A stretch of DNA of 64,000 bases from an uncultured euryarchaeote (GTDB lineage: Archaea; Thermoplasmatota; Poseidoniia; Poseidoniales; Thalassarchaeaceae), in assembly GCA_937911265.1 (NCBI GenBank), contig CALDRG010000022.1:1399-65398 (forward strand), in the 5' to 3' direction. Below are positions 55,301-64,000 of this stretch, in pieces; positions within the stretch are counted from its first letter, which is position 1, and the number at the start of each line of letters is the position of its first letter. Below the pieces are notes generated by a model. That model made no database searches. It saw only the letters and a list, made by a program, of their open reading frames with translations, and was not told the DNA's origin. Both the position numbers and the translations under genes were made by a program.

Positions 55301-57465
55301 TCGTCATTGGTGTGATTCAGTCTACTATAAACGACAGTCTCGCCTTGGGTTTCGTTGGAGTTTTCCAACCATGTCAGGTGCACGTTATCGAATGAGTCGG
55401 TGAGGATGGCTGGCATGTGCGAATTGGCGCCGAAGGGCCGATCGGTCGGAATTCCTTCGATACCTTCGACTTCTGAGACAGCTGAGTCGATAATCTGCTT
55501 GATTCCGTAGGTAGGTAACCCGTCAGGGGCTCCGTCCCACGCGCCCGCTCCTCTAAGTCGTAGTCTGGTGTAGTAGATTTCGTAGTTGACATCGATATCG
55601 AATCCATAGGCGCGACCATCCATCCAAGCTAGATGGGTGTTACCGGAGGTGTCTACAGAGATTGCAGGATGTAAGCTGTATGCGTCGTTGAGTGTGATTC
55701 TGGTGTCGTTGACCACTACGAGGTTGCCGTATCCTAGGCCGTCGATAGAGGGCCCGAGATCCTCGATGTACCTGTCGGCCGTGGTGTCGACAAAGGTCCC
55801 TGAATCTCCCTTCTGCCAAGTCGGAGGGGGGTTCTCCAGCAGCGACAGAGGATCGAGTATGGTCATGTAGATCTCACGCGAATTATTTGTGGATAGGTAG
55901 ACCAAGGCCTCAACCATTAGCTGTAATTCGGCTGAATTGCCGGATGAAGTCGGGAAACTGTACATCAAACCTTCCGCATTGGTCAAGCGGGTGTTTGAAC
56001 CTGGGCAGGTCCTTGTGTTCAGACTAACGAATCCGTTTGGGCACTGGGCGAGGTCCATCATGTGTGATCCTACGGGAGTAGACCCAGAGCCAAAGCCGGC
56101 TGCGAGCAGGGGCACTGGAATGATTCCGGCAATGACGCAGGCGTCGTGAGCCTCATTGATGCTCTGGGTGTCATCAGACTGTTGGGCGGGGTCACCACCA
56201 TAGGGACCCTCGTCCGAGATTGGGATGACAATCTTGGTCGCGTTAGGGTTCCAGTGGTGGTCCAATTGAGTAGGTGGATTGCCGGGTACGTTGCCACCGG
56301 CGTCTCGCCATGACAGGCAGGCCCAAGTGGAGCCGGGGCCCCAAAATTCACTGTAGTATCCGCCATCCTGGGGCAAGTTGACTGCGCCGTTGTTGTAAAC
56401 AACCTCAGTGAGCTCTCTGATACCACCTGACTCATCACCGGGGGACAGGCCTAGAGGAGTTCCTCTTGGGCCTTGACTGCCCGACCCACCGGTCTGGTAT
56501 GCAGCGGCGCAATTGCCGCTGGTAGCCGCACTCGGCCAGTTGCCGCTGAGGGCATACAGGGTCTCGTAGACCGTCATGTTGGCTCGCAAGAGCATCGGCT
56601 TTAGTCCCTCGAAGTAACCACCGCTGGCGAAGTAGCCGCCATAGAAAACCACACACATGTCGGCCCACTCGGTGTTCATCGAGCCAGAGGTGTCTATCGG
56701 AGCAACCATCTCGACTTTGCCCCCGCGGGTATCATCCCATACAATCTGAACGAAGTCATCGGCATCGACAGCGACATCGGGATGCCCCTTGTGGCCGATG
56801 ATTGGAGTGAGCAAGGTCTCGCCCACGGCGACTACAGCCTCACGGGACTGCAGGTCGGGTTCAATCATAGAGTAGTAAATCTGAGGTTGTTGGTAGAACT
56901 TGTCAAGCGGCTCAAACGAGTCCTCCCAGACGATGTGGGCATTGTTTTCAGAATCGGTGTCTATAGCTGGCCAGTCGCGGTTCTGTGTGTGAACCGAGAC
57001 TTCGAAGTCGTCGATGAGCGAAATCACGTTGTCGATAGCCGAGTCGCCACTCTGATCATCCTGAGATGGATCAAGCATGGTGTAGAGGATAGTCCACTGA
57101 GCAGCTTTATCGGTCCAAGTGATATGCACATTGTCATTACTGTCAACGCTAATGTCGGGGTGCCAAGCCCGATGTGCACCGGGGTTAGAGATCTGGGTCT
57201 CGAAAATTAGTACATCACCTCTGGGATTGTGCATCTGGTACCACAAGTGCTGGGTGTTGCGGCTCCAGACGAAGTGCACGTTGCCCATCGAGTCGGCATC
57301 GGTAGCCACCATCTTATCGTTAGCTGCGCCCCCGTTGACAATCTGAATCGCGTCAGTCAAGACCACTTCGCTAGCCTCAGCCTGCGGGAATTCGATTACC
57401 GCGAAAGTGCTCATCATCATCAGAAGAACCATTGTTACGCTGTTTCTCATTTTTGCAGTTTCCAT
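52354..57465 (-). CDS. large cell-surface protein: beta-propeller-like repeats, vWA-like domain, Ig-like (NEW3-like) repeats, CARDB, C-terminal TM
   Basis: Signal peptide; repeated D-S-x-x-N-x-H-x-x-W units; IDTSGSM MIDAS; repeated (T/S)NxGNxxD; DPDNIIVETDETNN; GGAGG SD before METAK. Confidence 0.8.
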   Translation of the reverse strand: METAKMRNSVTMVLLMMMSTFAVIEFPQAEASEVVLTDAIQIVNGGAANDKMVATDADSMGNVHFVWSRNTQHLWYQMHNPRGDVLIFETQISNPGAHRAWHPDISVDSNDNVHITWTDKAAQWTILYTMLDPSQDDQSGDSAIDNVISLIDDFEVSVHTQNRDWPAIDTDSENNAHIVWEDSFEPLDKFYQQPQIYYSMIEPDLQSREAVVAVGETLLTPIIGHKGHPDVAVDADDFVQIVWDDTRGGKVEMVAPIDTSGSMNTEWADMCVVFYGGYFASGGYFEGLKPMLLRANMTVYETLYALSGNWPSAATSGNCAAAYQTGGSGSQGPRGTPLGLSPGDESGGIRELTEVVYNNGAVNLPQDGGYYSEFWGPGSTWACLSWRDAGGNVPGNPPTQLDHHWNPNATKIVIPISDEGPYGGDPAQQSDDTQSINEAHDACVIAGIIPVPLLAAGFGSGSTPVGSHMMDLAQCPNGFVSLNTRTCPGSNTRLTNAEGLMYSFPTSSGNSAELQLMVEALVYLSTNNSREIYMTILDPLSLLENPPPTWQKGDSGTFVDTTADRYIEDLGPSIDGLGYGNLVVVNDTRITLNDAYSLHPAISVDTSGNTHLAWMDGRAYGFDIDVNYEIYYTRLRLRGAGAWDGAPDGLPTYGIKQIIDSAVSEVEGIEGIPTDRPFGANSHMPAILTDSFDNVHLTWLENSNETQGETVVYSRLNHTNDDYPEGFPLNSLAVGVLDPWEVIPITEWQSDKLGPNSPAVPELGQPPAFANDLGSGAHIAWSDTNKCNDVSNGGSYTLCYVHVLTGLVEVALTETETYYHTIEPGEQTTYNMTISNPTPGPAELVADTFTVTMEGVPNNWTATLFFTTNHTPIFDSTPVFLRGGDVVSMYMRVRAPSIYQAHSDELAAITVTAISHKDPAIRDDRITLTLMDVVHGINLDTSHSQVDVEQGESAFFSITVTNTGNVYDTFAFYDPSTLEGQVEWALPFGWGLTFPTSLSLDPGQSVTRNLQVSVPTSQDPGTFVIYLKGWSTGEPVLSIDQGTFDVLELWINVSIKSTGNIVFNLGDTTQYVLPGDCSEFDIEVTKHFTPGHLLFTTPGGPEERPPEISEQTWRFDHWTVDLDFSEAPGGNGISDNAPRYWSIIDTPYTVTAIMCAPYNATAGLGDSVTVKAHLEGAQRVRDSVVLLTNVIQEYDLEASVPETILSMHPGQTYQLDTTVSNEGNGADRYDITVHSIEDTFGASHVWDIDIPRILFTELDRDESQTVPILLNVPERTHAGQYTVILNVLSEESYEGTKLRDVIELQVEIVEFHDMRIEVDPMVESRIKSTAPGRIVRFTINITNHGNMDDQPTLHNHTLYDSDDPYSWQTSPTMGPLLGNWAISYALLEDFDTEYPIERPCVGQILGEDPPAEGCYLSAQTNAITMPVMEAYSTLQIVVIIQIDPAATLNNREIGIKVVSAFGSSEAGGDHDETAVWDDSCTLDANGDGLPDNYRPNCDTNEQVIELRLRAPDLFILDVFAATHTGEVGEMLSVNVQILNKGNAHATDVNIILCVDQTKSDIKKNGCDEENIVYRQIVQAIMPCDNPSSGCANEDPPTIALLYMVKAGRHDVVVVLDPDNIIVETDETNNIKSVSQKMGSNLGLLDVGIEVIAQYTVPTIILGATFALVGVVAVVMWGRREEAKIRYAEKSSMISNLDDEDMVF

Positions 57466-57578
57466 TTCCAAACCTCCAGCATAGCTGTGTATCGTCCTAG
57501 TTTGTCTTCCAGCGATACTTAACCTCGACCCTTTGCCGTCACCTGCGCGCGAGAGGGTGCACGAGTGAGAGAGGAGTT

Positions 57579-58211
57579 TTAGGCCCATTCTGAGGGATCG
57601 AAGTCGCGACCAAAGCCACCAGTCTCATCGGTGTCTATCTCACTCACCTCTGAATGCACTTCAGGTTGGCTGCCCCTGCTCTGGGCCTTCTTAGCGATCC
57701 AGTCATCAACCGGCCCGGGCTTGCCCACGCCGGGCCCGTATGCGAACTTAATCTTGTGAATCAGAGCGAGTTTGGTGAGCCAAAGATGGCGCATCGTGTG
57801 CATGAACTCGTTCTGTGTCAGACCATCGAACCAAATCGGACGAGAGAGATTGAACGCCTGCAGCGGGCCGGGCACACCATGCTTCTTCTTACCAACGTGA
57901 AGCACCCAGTCGAGATCTGCCTGAGTGAGATGTATCCTAGTGTCGTGGAGCCACTTCTCCCAATCCCCGTTCTCATTCTCGGAGTGTTCCGTCATTTCAC
58001 TCTGCTGACCGTCATCGACCCTAGTGACTGAATATATCAGAACCAGATTGCGGTTCTTTGGAATGACGACGTTGAACACGTGACCCTGCTTCGTTGGAGG
58101 GTACCGGACATGCAAGTGGAGCATGGCCTGCTGGTCGACTACGTCTCGGGCTTCGAGGCGCTCGCTCTGCAGCCACTTGCGCACCCTGTCGCCGGCCTCG
58201 TGGGAGTTCAT
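57579..58211 (-). CDS. DUF2299-like protein
   Basis: VRKWL..E, IWFDGLTQNEFMHT resemble archaeal DUF2299. Confidence 0.55.
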   Translation of the reverse strand: MNSHEAGDRVRKWLQSERLEARDVVDQQAMLHLHVRYPPTKQGHVFNVVIPKNRNLVLIYSVTRVDDGQQSEMTEHSENENGDWEKWLHDTRIHLTQADLDWVLHVGKKKHGVPGPLQAFNLSRPIWFDGLTQNEFMHTMRHLWLTKLALIHKIKFAYGPGVGKPGPVDDWIAKKAQSRGSQPEVHSEVSEIDTDETGGFGRDFDPSEWA

Positions 58212-58232
58212 GAGGGGATTGGGGTGCCCGTC

Positions 58233-59714
58233 CTATTTGAGAACGCCGAGTCGGGGAACCAGTTGCTCCACAAGTTCCTCCAAACGACCGCCAGTTGCTG
58301 AGGAAGCCAGTCTCCTTCTTCTTCGGGCGTCGCCGAAATCAGTCAACATATCATAGCCCCAGAGGAAAACTAGGTTCGACATATGGATGATAGGGAGAGA
58401 TACTGCAAGATAGACCGGGAGCAGGGCGGTAGCACCGCAGAGAGAGTAGAGTAATGCGAGGGAGATTAATGGCCAGAAGAAAAGAGGAGAGAAGATTGCT
58501 GCGATCATATGGTGTGTAGTCCTAGCGTCGATTCCTTCGTCCGTGTGGTCACCCGCGTACCACCCAACGAGCGCCTGCAGACCGGTCGTCGGGATGGTGA
58601 TAGGGGCGGAGAGAAGCATGGCCAGAACCCCCAGTGCCCCGCTGATTAGTCTGGATTCACTCTTGATTCGTCCTCTCACATCTAGCGTACGGGCGTCTAG
58701 GCCTACCGAGTGCAGTATATCTGCGGCCTCCATGGCGTCCTCGACAAGAGAACTGGTGTTCTCAATAAGAATGAGCTGTTCTCTGATATCACGGGCTGCT
58801 AGTACCTCCTGCTTCAGCGAGCTGAGAGGGGAAGTGGATGAATTCGCTCTCAGGTGGCCCAATAGATGCCATGCCCTGTATGTCTCCCAATCTGGAGCAT
58901 TTGGGGTGATATGGGTCAGGCTTTCATACAATTCGTCGCGGAGGGGGATAACTTGTTCTGCGGGTGGTTCAATCCATTCCCCTCCAGCGAGATTTGTGTG
59001 ATGTTGGGGGTCATCGAGCAGTGGTATGGTGATTGGTTCACCAAACTCTACGAAGACGTCGGTGCGGAACCAGTAGTGGCATCTGAAATGCAGACCTACA
59101 GGCTGAATCACAGGCTGAGGCAACCCTCTCTCATGCGCAATGCTGGAAGCATTGAGGGTGAATCGGAGGGCGCCGGTCCTGAGAGCATGCATCTTGGTGT
59201 CCTGATGGGACTTGCCCTCGGGCATCACAATCGCCGCGTGACCTGAGGCGATGCAGTTGGCCATGGTCAGCATACTCCTCTTGTTAATCCTCTTCGCAAA
59301 CTCAGGATTACTAACTCCTCTCTCCAGTTCTGCTCTCCTGATCACTGGCTGCGAGCCGATTCGGCGTGTGATCCAGCCTATCACAGGCATGGTCATGATG
59401 TCGTGCCTACCGATGGCGATGATACGCCTGTCCTGTGATTTCATGATTGCCAGCGGGTCAATGAGGCCATTGAGGTGCGTAGAAGCATACACTGAGCCAC
59501 CCTCCACCTCGGATGGGCTGTCCATCTCCGAGTGCCTGATGATATAGGACCAGGCTATGTCAACGGCCCGCCGGATGACCTCCCAAAAAGGTCGATTTCC
59601 AGGATGCTTGCCGCTGTGATCCCAGGGCAGACTTTCGAGTTTCCTGACATTAATCCTAGTAGCGCTGCTCGACAACCCCGGGAGCTCGTCGGGCGCATTC
59701 TCGGAATTAGCCAT
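58233..59714 (-). CDS. glycerol-3-phosphate/lysophospholipid acyltransferase (LPLAT, Sct1/Gpt2-like)
   Basis: HLNGLIDP (H-x5-D), PVIR, MPEGKSH, PVGL.F, FGEPI; C-terminal TM helices. Confidence 0.8.
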   Translation of the reverse strand: MANSENAPDELPGLSSSATRINVRKLESLPWDHSGKHPGNRPFWEVIRRAVDIAWSYIIRHSEMDSPSEVEGGSVYASTHLNGLIDPLAIMKSQDRRIIAIGRHDIMTMPVIGWITRRIGSQPVIRRAELERGVSNPEFAKRINKRSMLTMANCIASGHAAIVMPEGKSHQDTKMHALRTGALRFTLNASSIAHERGLPQPVIQPVGLHFRCHYWFRTDVFVEFGEPITIPLLDDPQHHTNLAGGEWIEPPAEQVIPLRDELYESLTHITPNAPDWETYRAWHLLGHLRANSSTSPLSSLKQEVLAARDIREQLILIENTSSLVEDAMEAADILHSVGLDARTLDVRGRIKSESRLISGALGVLAMLLSAPITIPTTGLQALVGWYAGDHTDEGIDARTTHHMIAAIFSPLFFWPLISLALLYSLCGATALLPVYLAVSLPIIHMSNLVFLWGYDMLTDFGDARRRRRLASSATGGRLEELVEQLVPRLGVLK

Positions 59715-59752
59715 GGCATACCCACAGGGCTGGTGGTTGAGAACGCACCGGG

Positions 59753-60178
59753 TCATTTCAGATGGTTGCGGATGCGCTCGGCAAGTATTGCGCCCTCACC
59801 GGGATCGAGTTGTGTGGTGGCGAATGGCCAGGTCAGGCCGCTGCCGTCATCGTGTTTGGGGATGATATGGAAGTGAACGTGGAAGACTGATTGGAATGCG
59901 GCCTCGCCATTGTTCTGCAGGACGTTGAAATCACTGGCCCCTGAGGCTGCAAGGACAGCCCTAGATATTCTTGGAAGAACTCTTCCGACTGCAGCAGATG
60001 CCTCTTCCGATAGTCCGTCCAGTGTGGCGCTCTGCTCCTTGGGGACAACTAAGGTGTGCCCGATGCTGCATGGATTAATGTCAAGAAAGGAAAATACGTG
60101 TTCGTCCTCGTACACCTTATGGCAGGGAATGTTTCCTTGAATGATGAGTGTGAAAATGCTCGGATCGGATTCGTCCAT
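59753..60178 (-). CDS. HIT family nucleotide hydrolase
   Basis: FLDINP..GHTLVVPK, QSVFHVHFHIIP. Confidence 0.92.
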   Translation of the reverse strand: MDESDPSIFTLIIQGNIPCHKVYEDEHVFSFLDINPCSIGHTLVVPKEQSATLDGLSEEASAAVGRVLPRISRAVLAASGASDFNVLQNNGEAAFQSVFHVHFHIIPKHDDGSGLTWPFATTQLDPGEGAILAERIRNHLK

Positions 60179-60179
60179 G

Positions 60180-61616
60180 CTATCCCTCTGGGACGATTAT
60201 CGCCTCAGCCAGAGCAATCATGCCCTGGAGATGAATCGCAGTGACCAATTCGGTGTTCATCACTATGGAAGAATCTGTGACCCCGATTCCCATCTCTCGC
60301 AACCCAGCGAGGCCGGTTGCGGCTGCTTCGAGGACTTTCTCATCGCGACTGCCGTTGAGATTGCCCATGATAGACGACATGGTGGTTGAGAATCGTCCTA
60401 CTGACTCGCCAGTGGTTCTCATCAGGGACGTCACTCTGGCTCGTTCGATCTGAATCGCTTCCTCCACCTGAGAGGAAGAGCCGAACGATGTGTCCGAAGC
60501 CCAGACTCCAGCGTGCTCTCCGGCACTATTTCCACTCACTAGGTCCTCAAGCAACTGGTTCCCGGGCAGCATACCCGCTCCGTGCATTCCAGTGTTGGCT
60601 GAGCGCCCAGCCGCATAAAGACCTGTGAACCACATATTACCATCCTCGAAGGTTACTCTGCCACTTTCATCCACAGGAGCGCCTCCAGTAGTTGCGGCGA
60701 CGCTTGGCATCAGGGGAATGACTTCGGTGGTTATATCCAAGCCTGCCCTCTCCCTCACCCTTCTAGTGGTCTGAGCGAACCACGGAGATGCTGCTGCATC
60801 GAGTGATCGTAGGTCGAGGACGCATCCTTCACCGTTGAGGATTGTCTCGGGCTCGACGTCCTCTCCGCTCTCCTTGCGCAGTCTACCTCCAGCACCCAGC
60901 AGATCGATGGGGAGGTGCATGTCCGTGCCACGGATTGTGAGTGGATGCCGAGGAGAATTTGCCATGCCGGACAGACCTACGCCTGCAGAGACAGCGAGGG
61001 CGGCCCCGATACCCGCTCCATTCGAAGGAGAGGACCATATTCCCTGGTGGCCTTCTGTGGCCAGAATGATTGCTTTTGATTGAATCGCGGATATCCCTCC
61101 AGTCAATAGATCCAGCACCACAACACCACGAACCTGCTGATTGTCCATCACCAGAGAAAGGGGAACTAGGTCCGAGCGGCGAGGGATGCCTCTCTTGATG
61201 GCCTGCTCTTCGAGAATACGAGTCACCTCTCTGGCTGTGCTGTCTCCGCAACCTGTCAGACGAGCCCTGCTGTGGCCCGGTGCCTCTGAGGTGTGAGGGA
61301 GCCCTCCCTCTCTGCGACGCAGAACCAATCCCCATCTCTCAAGTTCAGCAATGACTGAGACTGCCTCACCACAGAATCGGGCTGCTGCAACCTTGTTAGT
61401 TGACTCGCCGCCAGCTGTAACCGTATCGTTACGATGTGCGGTGGAGTCAAGTTCGTCTATCGAGGCAGCCAAGCCTGACAGAGGGGCTGCACCGGATGCT
61501 GAACCGACACCTGAGGAGTCAATCACCAGAGGGATTGTGCCAGCGTCGGCAGAAGCGATGGCTGCTCGCAGGGCCGCGGGGCCGCTGCCGATGACGACGA
61601 TGTCCCACGACTCCAT
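60180..61616 (-). CDS. SdhA/FrdA/NadB-family FAD-binding protein, catalytically degenerate
   Basis: IGSGPAALRAA, LATEG, GLYAAG and HGA motifs retained; active-site His/Arg replaced. Confidence 0.75.
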   Translation of the reverse strand: MESWDIVVIGSGPAALRAAIASADAGTIPLVIDSSGVGSASGAAPLSGLAASIDELDSTAHRNDTVTAGGESTNKVAAARFCGEAVSVIAELERWGLVLRRREGGLPHTSEAPGHSRARLTGCGDSTAREVTRILEEQAIKRGIPRRSDLVPLSLVMDNQQVRGVVVLDLLTGGISAIQSKAIILATEGHQGIWSSPSNGAGIGAALAVSAGVGLSGMANSPRHPLTIRGTDMHLPIDLLGAGGRLRKESGEDVEPETILNGEGCVLDLRSLDAAASPWFAQTTRRVRERAGLDITTEVIPLMPSVAATTGGAPVDESGRVTFEDGNMWFTGLYAAGRSANTGMHGAGMLPGNQLLEDLVSGNSAGEHAGVWASDTSFGSSSQVEEAIQIERARVTSLMRTTGESVGRFSTTMSSIMGNLNGSRDEKVLEAAATGLAGLREMGIGVTDSSIVMNTELVTAIHLQGMIALAEAIIVPEG

Positions 61617-61686
61617 GTTCACTCCGTTGGTCGCAATCACAATAGTGCCATGAACGTGACGCTCGGGACTCCGTCCCGCAAAGACC

Positions 61687-63138
61687 TCAATCGGCTATGG
61701 AGAGAGCCAGTCTACGAACAGCCGAGGCTGCGTCAGACATTCGCTGGCCTGCGCTCTCCTGCTGCGCCTTTGACGACAGCGTGGTCTGCACCACAACTGA
61801 GGAGAGTGTTTTCCCGTGCTCTCCCCTCAAGGTGACCTGTACTGGATGCGATCCTAGTTTGGAGTCCGGCCACGCAAGACCAATCCAGAGTACGGTGGCG
61901 TCATCCAGCAGACGCCCCATTGAATCGACCTGATCCATGGCTCTTGCCTTGTCAATACGACGGGAGGCTCTGGCCTCGACTCTAATTGTCTGCAGAGCCG
62001 GTTCCCCTTCAGCCACCACAATATCGACCTTGACATTGGTAGTAGCTCCGGTGTTGTTGTGCAGCATGACGAACAGGTCGGCCTGACCCTGAGAGCAGCG
62101 GGGGGGCAGGTCGAGATCCAGTCTCCAAGGCATCTCATTCATCGAGTGGTCACCTCTGATGGCCGAATCCTGCAGCCTGTCAATCAACCTGAACAGCCCC
62201 GGTTCCCAAGCCTTGGTGTGCGCCAACAGGGTCCGTAGTGATTTCAGGTCAAACTTGTTCGATTTGTCAATCAAACTGTCAATTGCTGACACCTTGAAAA
62301 CACGCTTCGCCTCGGTCATCAATCTAGCATCGTCGAGCAGTCCCTGCTCATTGAGATACACTGCACGCAGAAGGTGTTCTACGGCCGAATCGGGGGTCTG
62401 ATTGCCCCTCACACTATCCATTATGGAGATTTTCCAATCATCCCACGCTGCCGCGGTCTCTGGATCGAGATGTGCGACCATAAGGTCGGACAACGGCCTG
62501 TTCAAAGTGCTGTCATGCAGAGTCGGGGCATGCAGGGAGAGCAAGGGAAATGAATTGGAGCGCATGGGAATCGAGTCGTCCAACATTAATGAGTTGAGGA
62601 AGCACAGTGCCCCCAGAGCCATCGAAGCGCCCAGGAGCAACGTCCCGAGAGTATTGCCCGTCTCGAGGTCCCTCACTGCAATCAGCGCCACCGCACCGAG
62701 TGCTGCTGAGAGGAGGCGTATTCTCTCCCTCAAGGATCTCTCACCCAAGGTGTTGAGAATTCGCTCCACACCTGGATAGGCATCCATCGATCTCTGGCCT
62801 CCATCTCGCAACTTGAGTCGGTCGCGCGCGGACATCCCCGCGAAGGTTGCCGCGAGATTGGTGGGGATTAACAGCACAGCAAGGAGAATATATGCTCCGA
62901 TGGCCGCATCGTAGGAGGCGAAATCCCACTTCACCAACAGCAGGCCGGCGCAGATAGGGGCTACCAAAGAGAGGGTTTGGCGAATCAAAGGGGTCTGGGC
63001 GGACCCAGAGACGCGAGTCCAGAAGCGCCTCCCGGTATCTCTGGCTGACACGCTGCGAGAGAGTGCTCGCTGGTTCGAGGCGCCGAACTTGCTCGAATCC
63101 GAATACGGTGTCGGCAGCTTCGGGATAGGGGCCTCCAT
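61687..63138 (-). CDS. hypothetical membrane protein (4 TM + soluble C-terminal domains)
   Basis: 483-aa ORF, hydrophobic N-terminal half, beta-rich C-terminus. Confidence 0.6.
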   Translation of the reverse strand: MEAPIPKLPTPYSDSSKFGASNQRALSRSVSARDTGRRFWTRVSGSAQTPLIRQTLSLVAPICAGLLLVKWDFASYDAAIGAYILLAVLLIPTNLAATFAGMSARDRLKLRDGGQRSMDAYPGVERILNTLGERSLRERIRLLSAALGAVALIAVRDLETGNTLGTLLLGASMALGALCFLNSLMLDDSIPMRSNSFPLLSLHAPTLHDSTLNRPLSDLMVAHLDPETAAAWDDWKISIMDSVRGNQTPDSAVEHLLRAVYLNEQGLLDDARLMTEAKRVFKVSAIDSLIDKSNKFDLKSLRTLLAHTKAWEPGLFRLIDRLQDSAIRGDHSMNEMPWRLDLDLPPRCSQGQADLFVMLHNNTGATTNVKVDIVVAEGEPALQTIRVEARASRRIDKARAMDQVDSMGRLLDDATVLWIGLAWPDSKLGSHPVQVTLRGEHGKTLSSVVVQTTLSSKAQQESAGQRMSDAASAVRRLALSIAD

Positions 63139-63245
63139 GGAACTTCGGAGGACGCAGGATGCTTGATGGCATCGGCGCTATTGCTATCGAAGGAGGGTGA
63201 TTCTGCGAACGTTACCTTTCTTGGGGAGAGTGCTGTCGCAGAGCC

Positions 63246-63322
63246 GGGCGATTAGTGTAGTCTGGATATCACCTTGGCCTCCTAAGCCGAGAACACGGGT
63301 TCAAATCCTGTATCGCCCGCCA
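63246..63322 (+). tRNA. tRNA-Arg(CCT)
   Basis: GGGCGAT...ATCGCCC-G-CCA; anticodon arm TTGGC-CTCCTAA-GCCGA; GGTTCAAATCC. Confidence 0.93.
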
Positions 63323-63327
63323 TTCCA

Positions 63328-64000
63328 TCAACCGAAAGCGAGACCGTGGTCCCTTCCGGCTCTGGCAACTTTGTGAAGGAAATTCTCGAAGGGAATTCGT
63401 GCGTGCATTGAGCGATTGAGCTGGGTGTCACAGTCGGCCAATGCCCCTAGCAGCTGCTCACGGAGTGGATCGGGGAGAGAGAGTCTACGACCGACCAGAA
63501 CGTCGTGGAGTTGGTGGACTACGTCGTCGGAGTCCATTCCGTGGTCATTCATCATGCGGTCGATTTCGGCCAATGCCCCTGCCAGCACCTTCTTCTTGCG
63601 GCCTCTCTGATTCTCCCACCTCCACTCGACCACTCTCCCTCTCAAAGCAAGTTCCATCAGGTGTCTGCCGGACTGTAGGGTGGTTGACTGGACTAGAGTA
63701 TGAACCGCCGAGCGATCTTGTGCGAGATCTCTCAAATGCAGCATCTCCAAGGTGAACAGAGCCTTCCTGAGGTTACCCCTCGAGATGTAAGCAATGTCCT
63801 CAAGTACCTCATTTACGGTCTCCACACCCTCTGATTCGGTGACGGAGTGCATAGTAGACAGCATTGTCCCACGCTCAGTCGCCGGAATTCGGATCATCTG
63901 AGTTCGAGAGCGCAACGCGTCGATAATCCTCGAGGGGGCTCTTGCCACAAGGACGAACCTAGAGGCGTTTCCAACAGTCTCCATCATCCTGCGCAAGTAG
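63328..64000 (-). CDS. replication factor C small subunit-like AAA+ protein, 5' end outside window
   Basis: LRRMME...RFVL....SRIIDALRSR and GNLRKAL clamp-loader motifs. Confidence 0.75.
   Translation of the reverse strand, partial: YLRRMMETVGNASRFVLVARAPSRIIDALRSRTQMIRIPATERGTMLSTMHSVTESEGVETVNEVLEDIAYISRGNLRKALFTLEMLHLRDLAQDRSAVHTLVQSTTLQSGRHLMELALRGRVVEWRWENQRGRKKKVLAGALAEIDRMMNDHGMDSDDVVHQLHDVLVGRRLSLPDPLREQLLGALADCDTQLNRSMHARIPFENFLHKVARAGRDHGLAFG

Overview
Gene-dense, moderately GC-rich archaeal chromosome segment, most consistent with Marine Group II Euryarchaeota (Ca. Poseidoniales). This placement is inferred from gene content, not from a search. Archaeal core genes include trm1, rpl18e-rpl13-rps9-rpoN, tfb, top6B/top6A, an RFC small subunit-like gene and two PAC2 proteasome chaperones. 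Bacterial-type genes are interleaved: ligA, a DnaQ-like exonuclease, nfuA, rlmH, a RhlE-like DEAD-box helicase and a beta-oxidation operon. There are four tRNA genes (3 Arg, 1 Pro), a class II ribonucleotide reductase, and two very large secreted, membrane-anchored proteins (2663 and about 1700 aa). I saw no CRISPR array, integrase, transposase, prophage or rRNA. Most interesting signals: (i) a beta-oxidation operon containing an acyl-CoA-binding protein, with a long operator-like palindrome at its promoter and a probable CTG start in its last gene, plus a Sct1/Gpt2-like acyltransferase elsewhere, suggesting acyl-CoA handling unusual for an archaeon; (ii) an SdhA/FrdA-family flavoprotein that has lost most catalytic residues; (iii) a 1131-aa helical protein with a C-terminal PIN domain; (iv) a type-1 copper domain inside the giant Ca-binding surface protein; (v) a recurring degenerate TATA-like hexamer about 24-30 nt upstream of start codons, implying leaderless mRNAs. 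All assignments come from visual motif recognition only.
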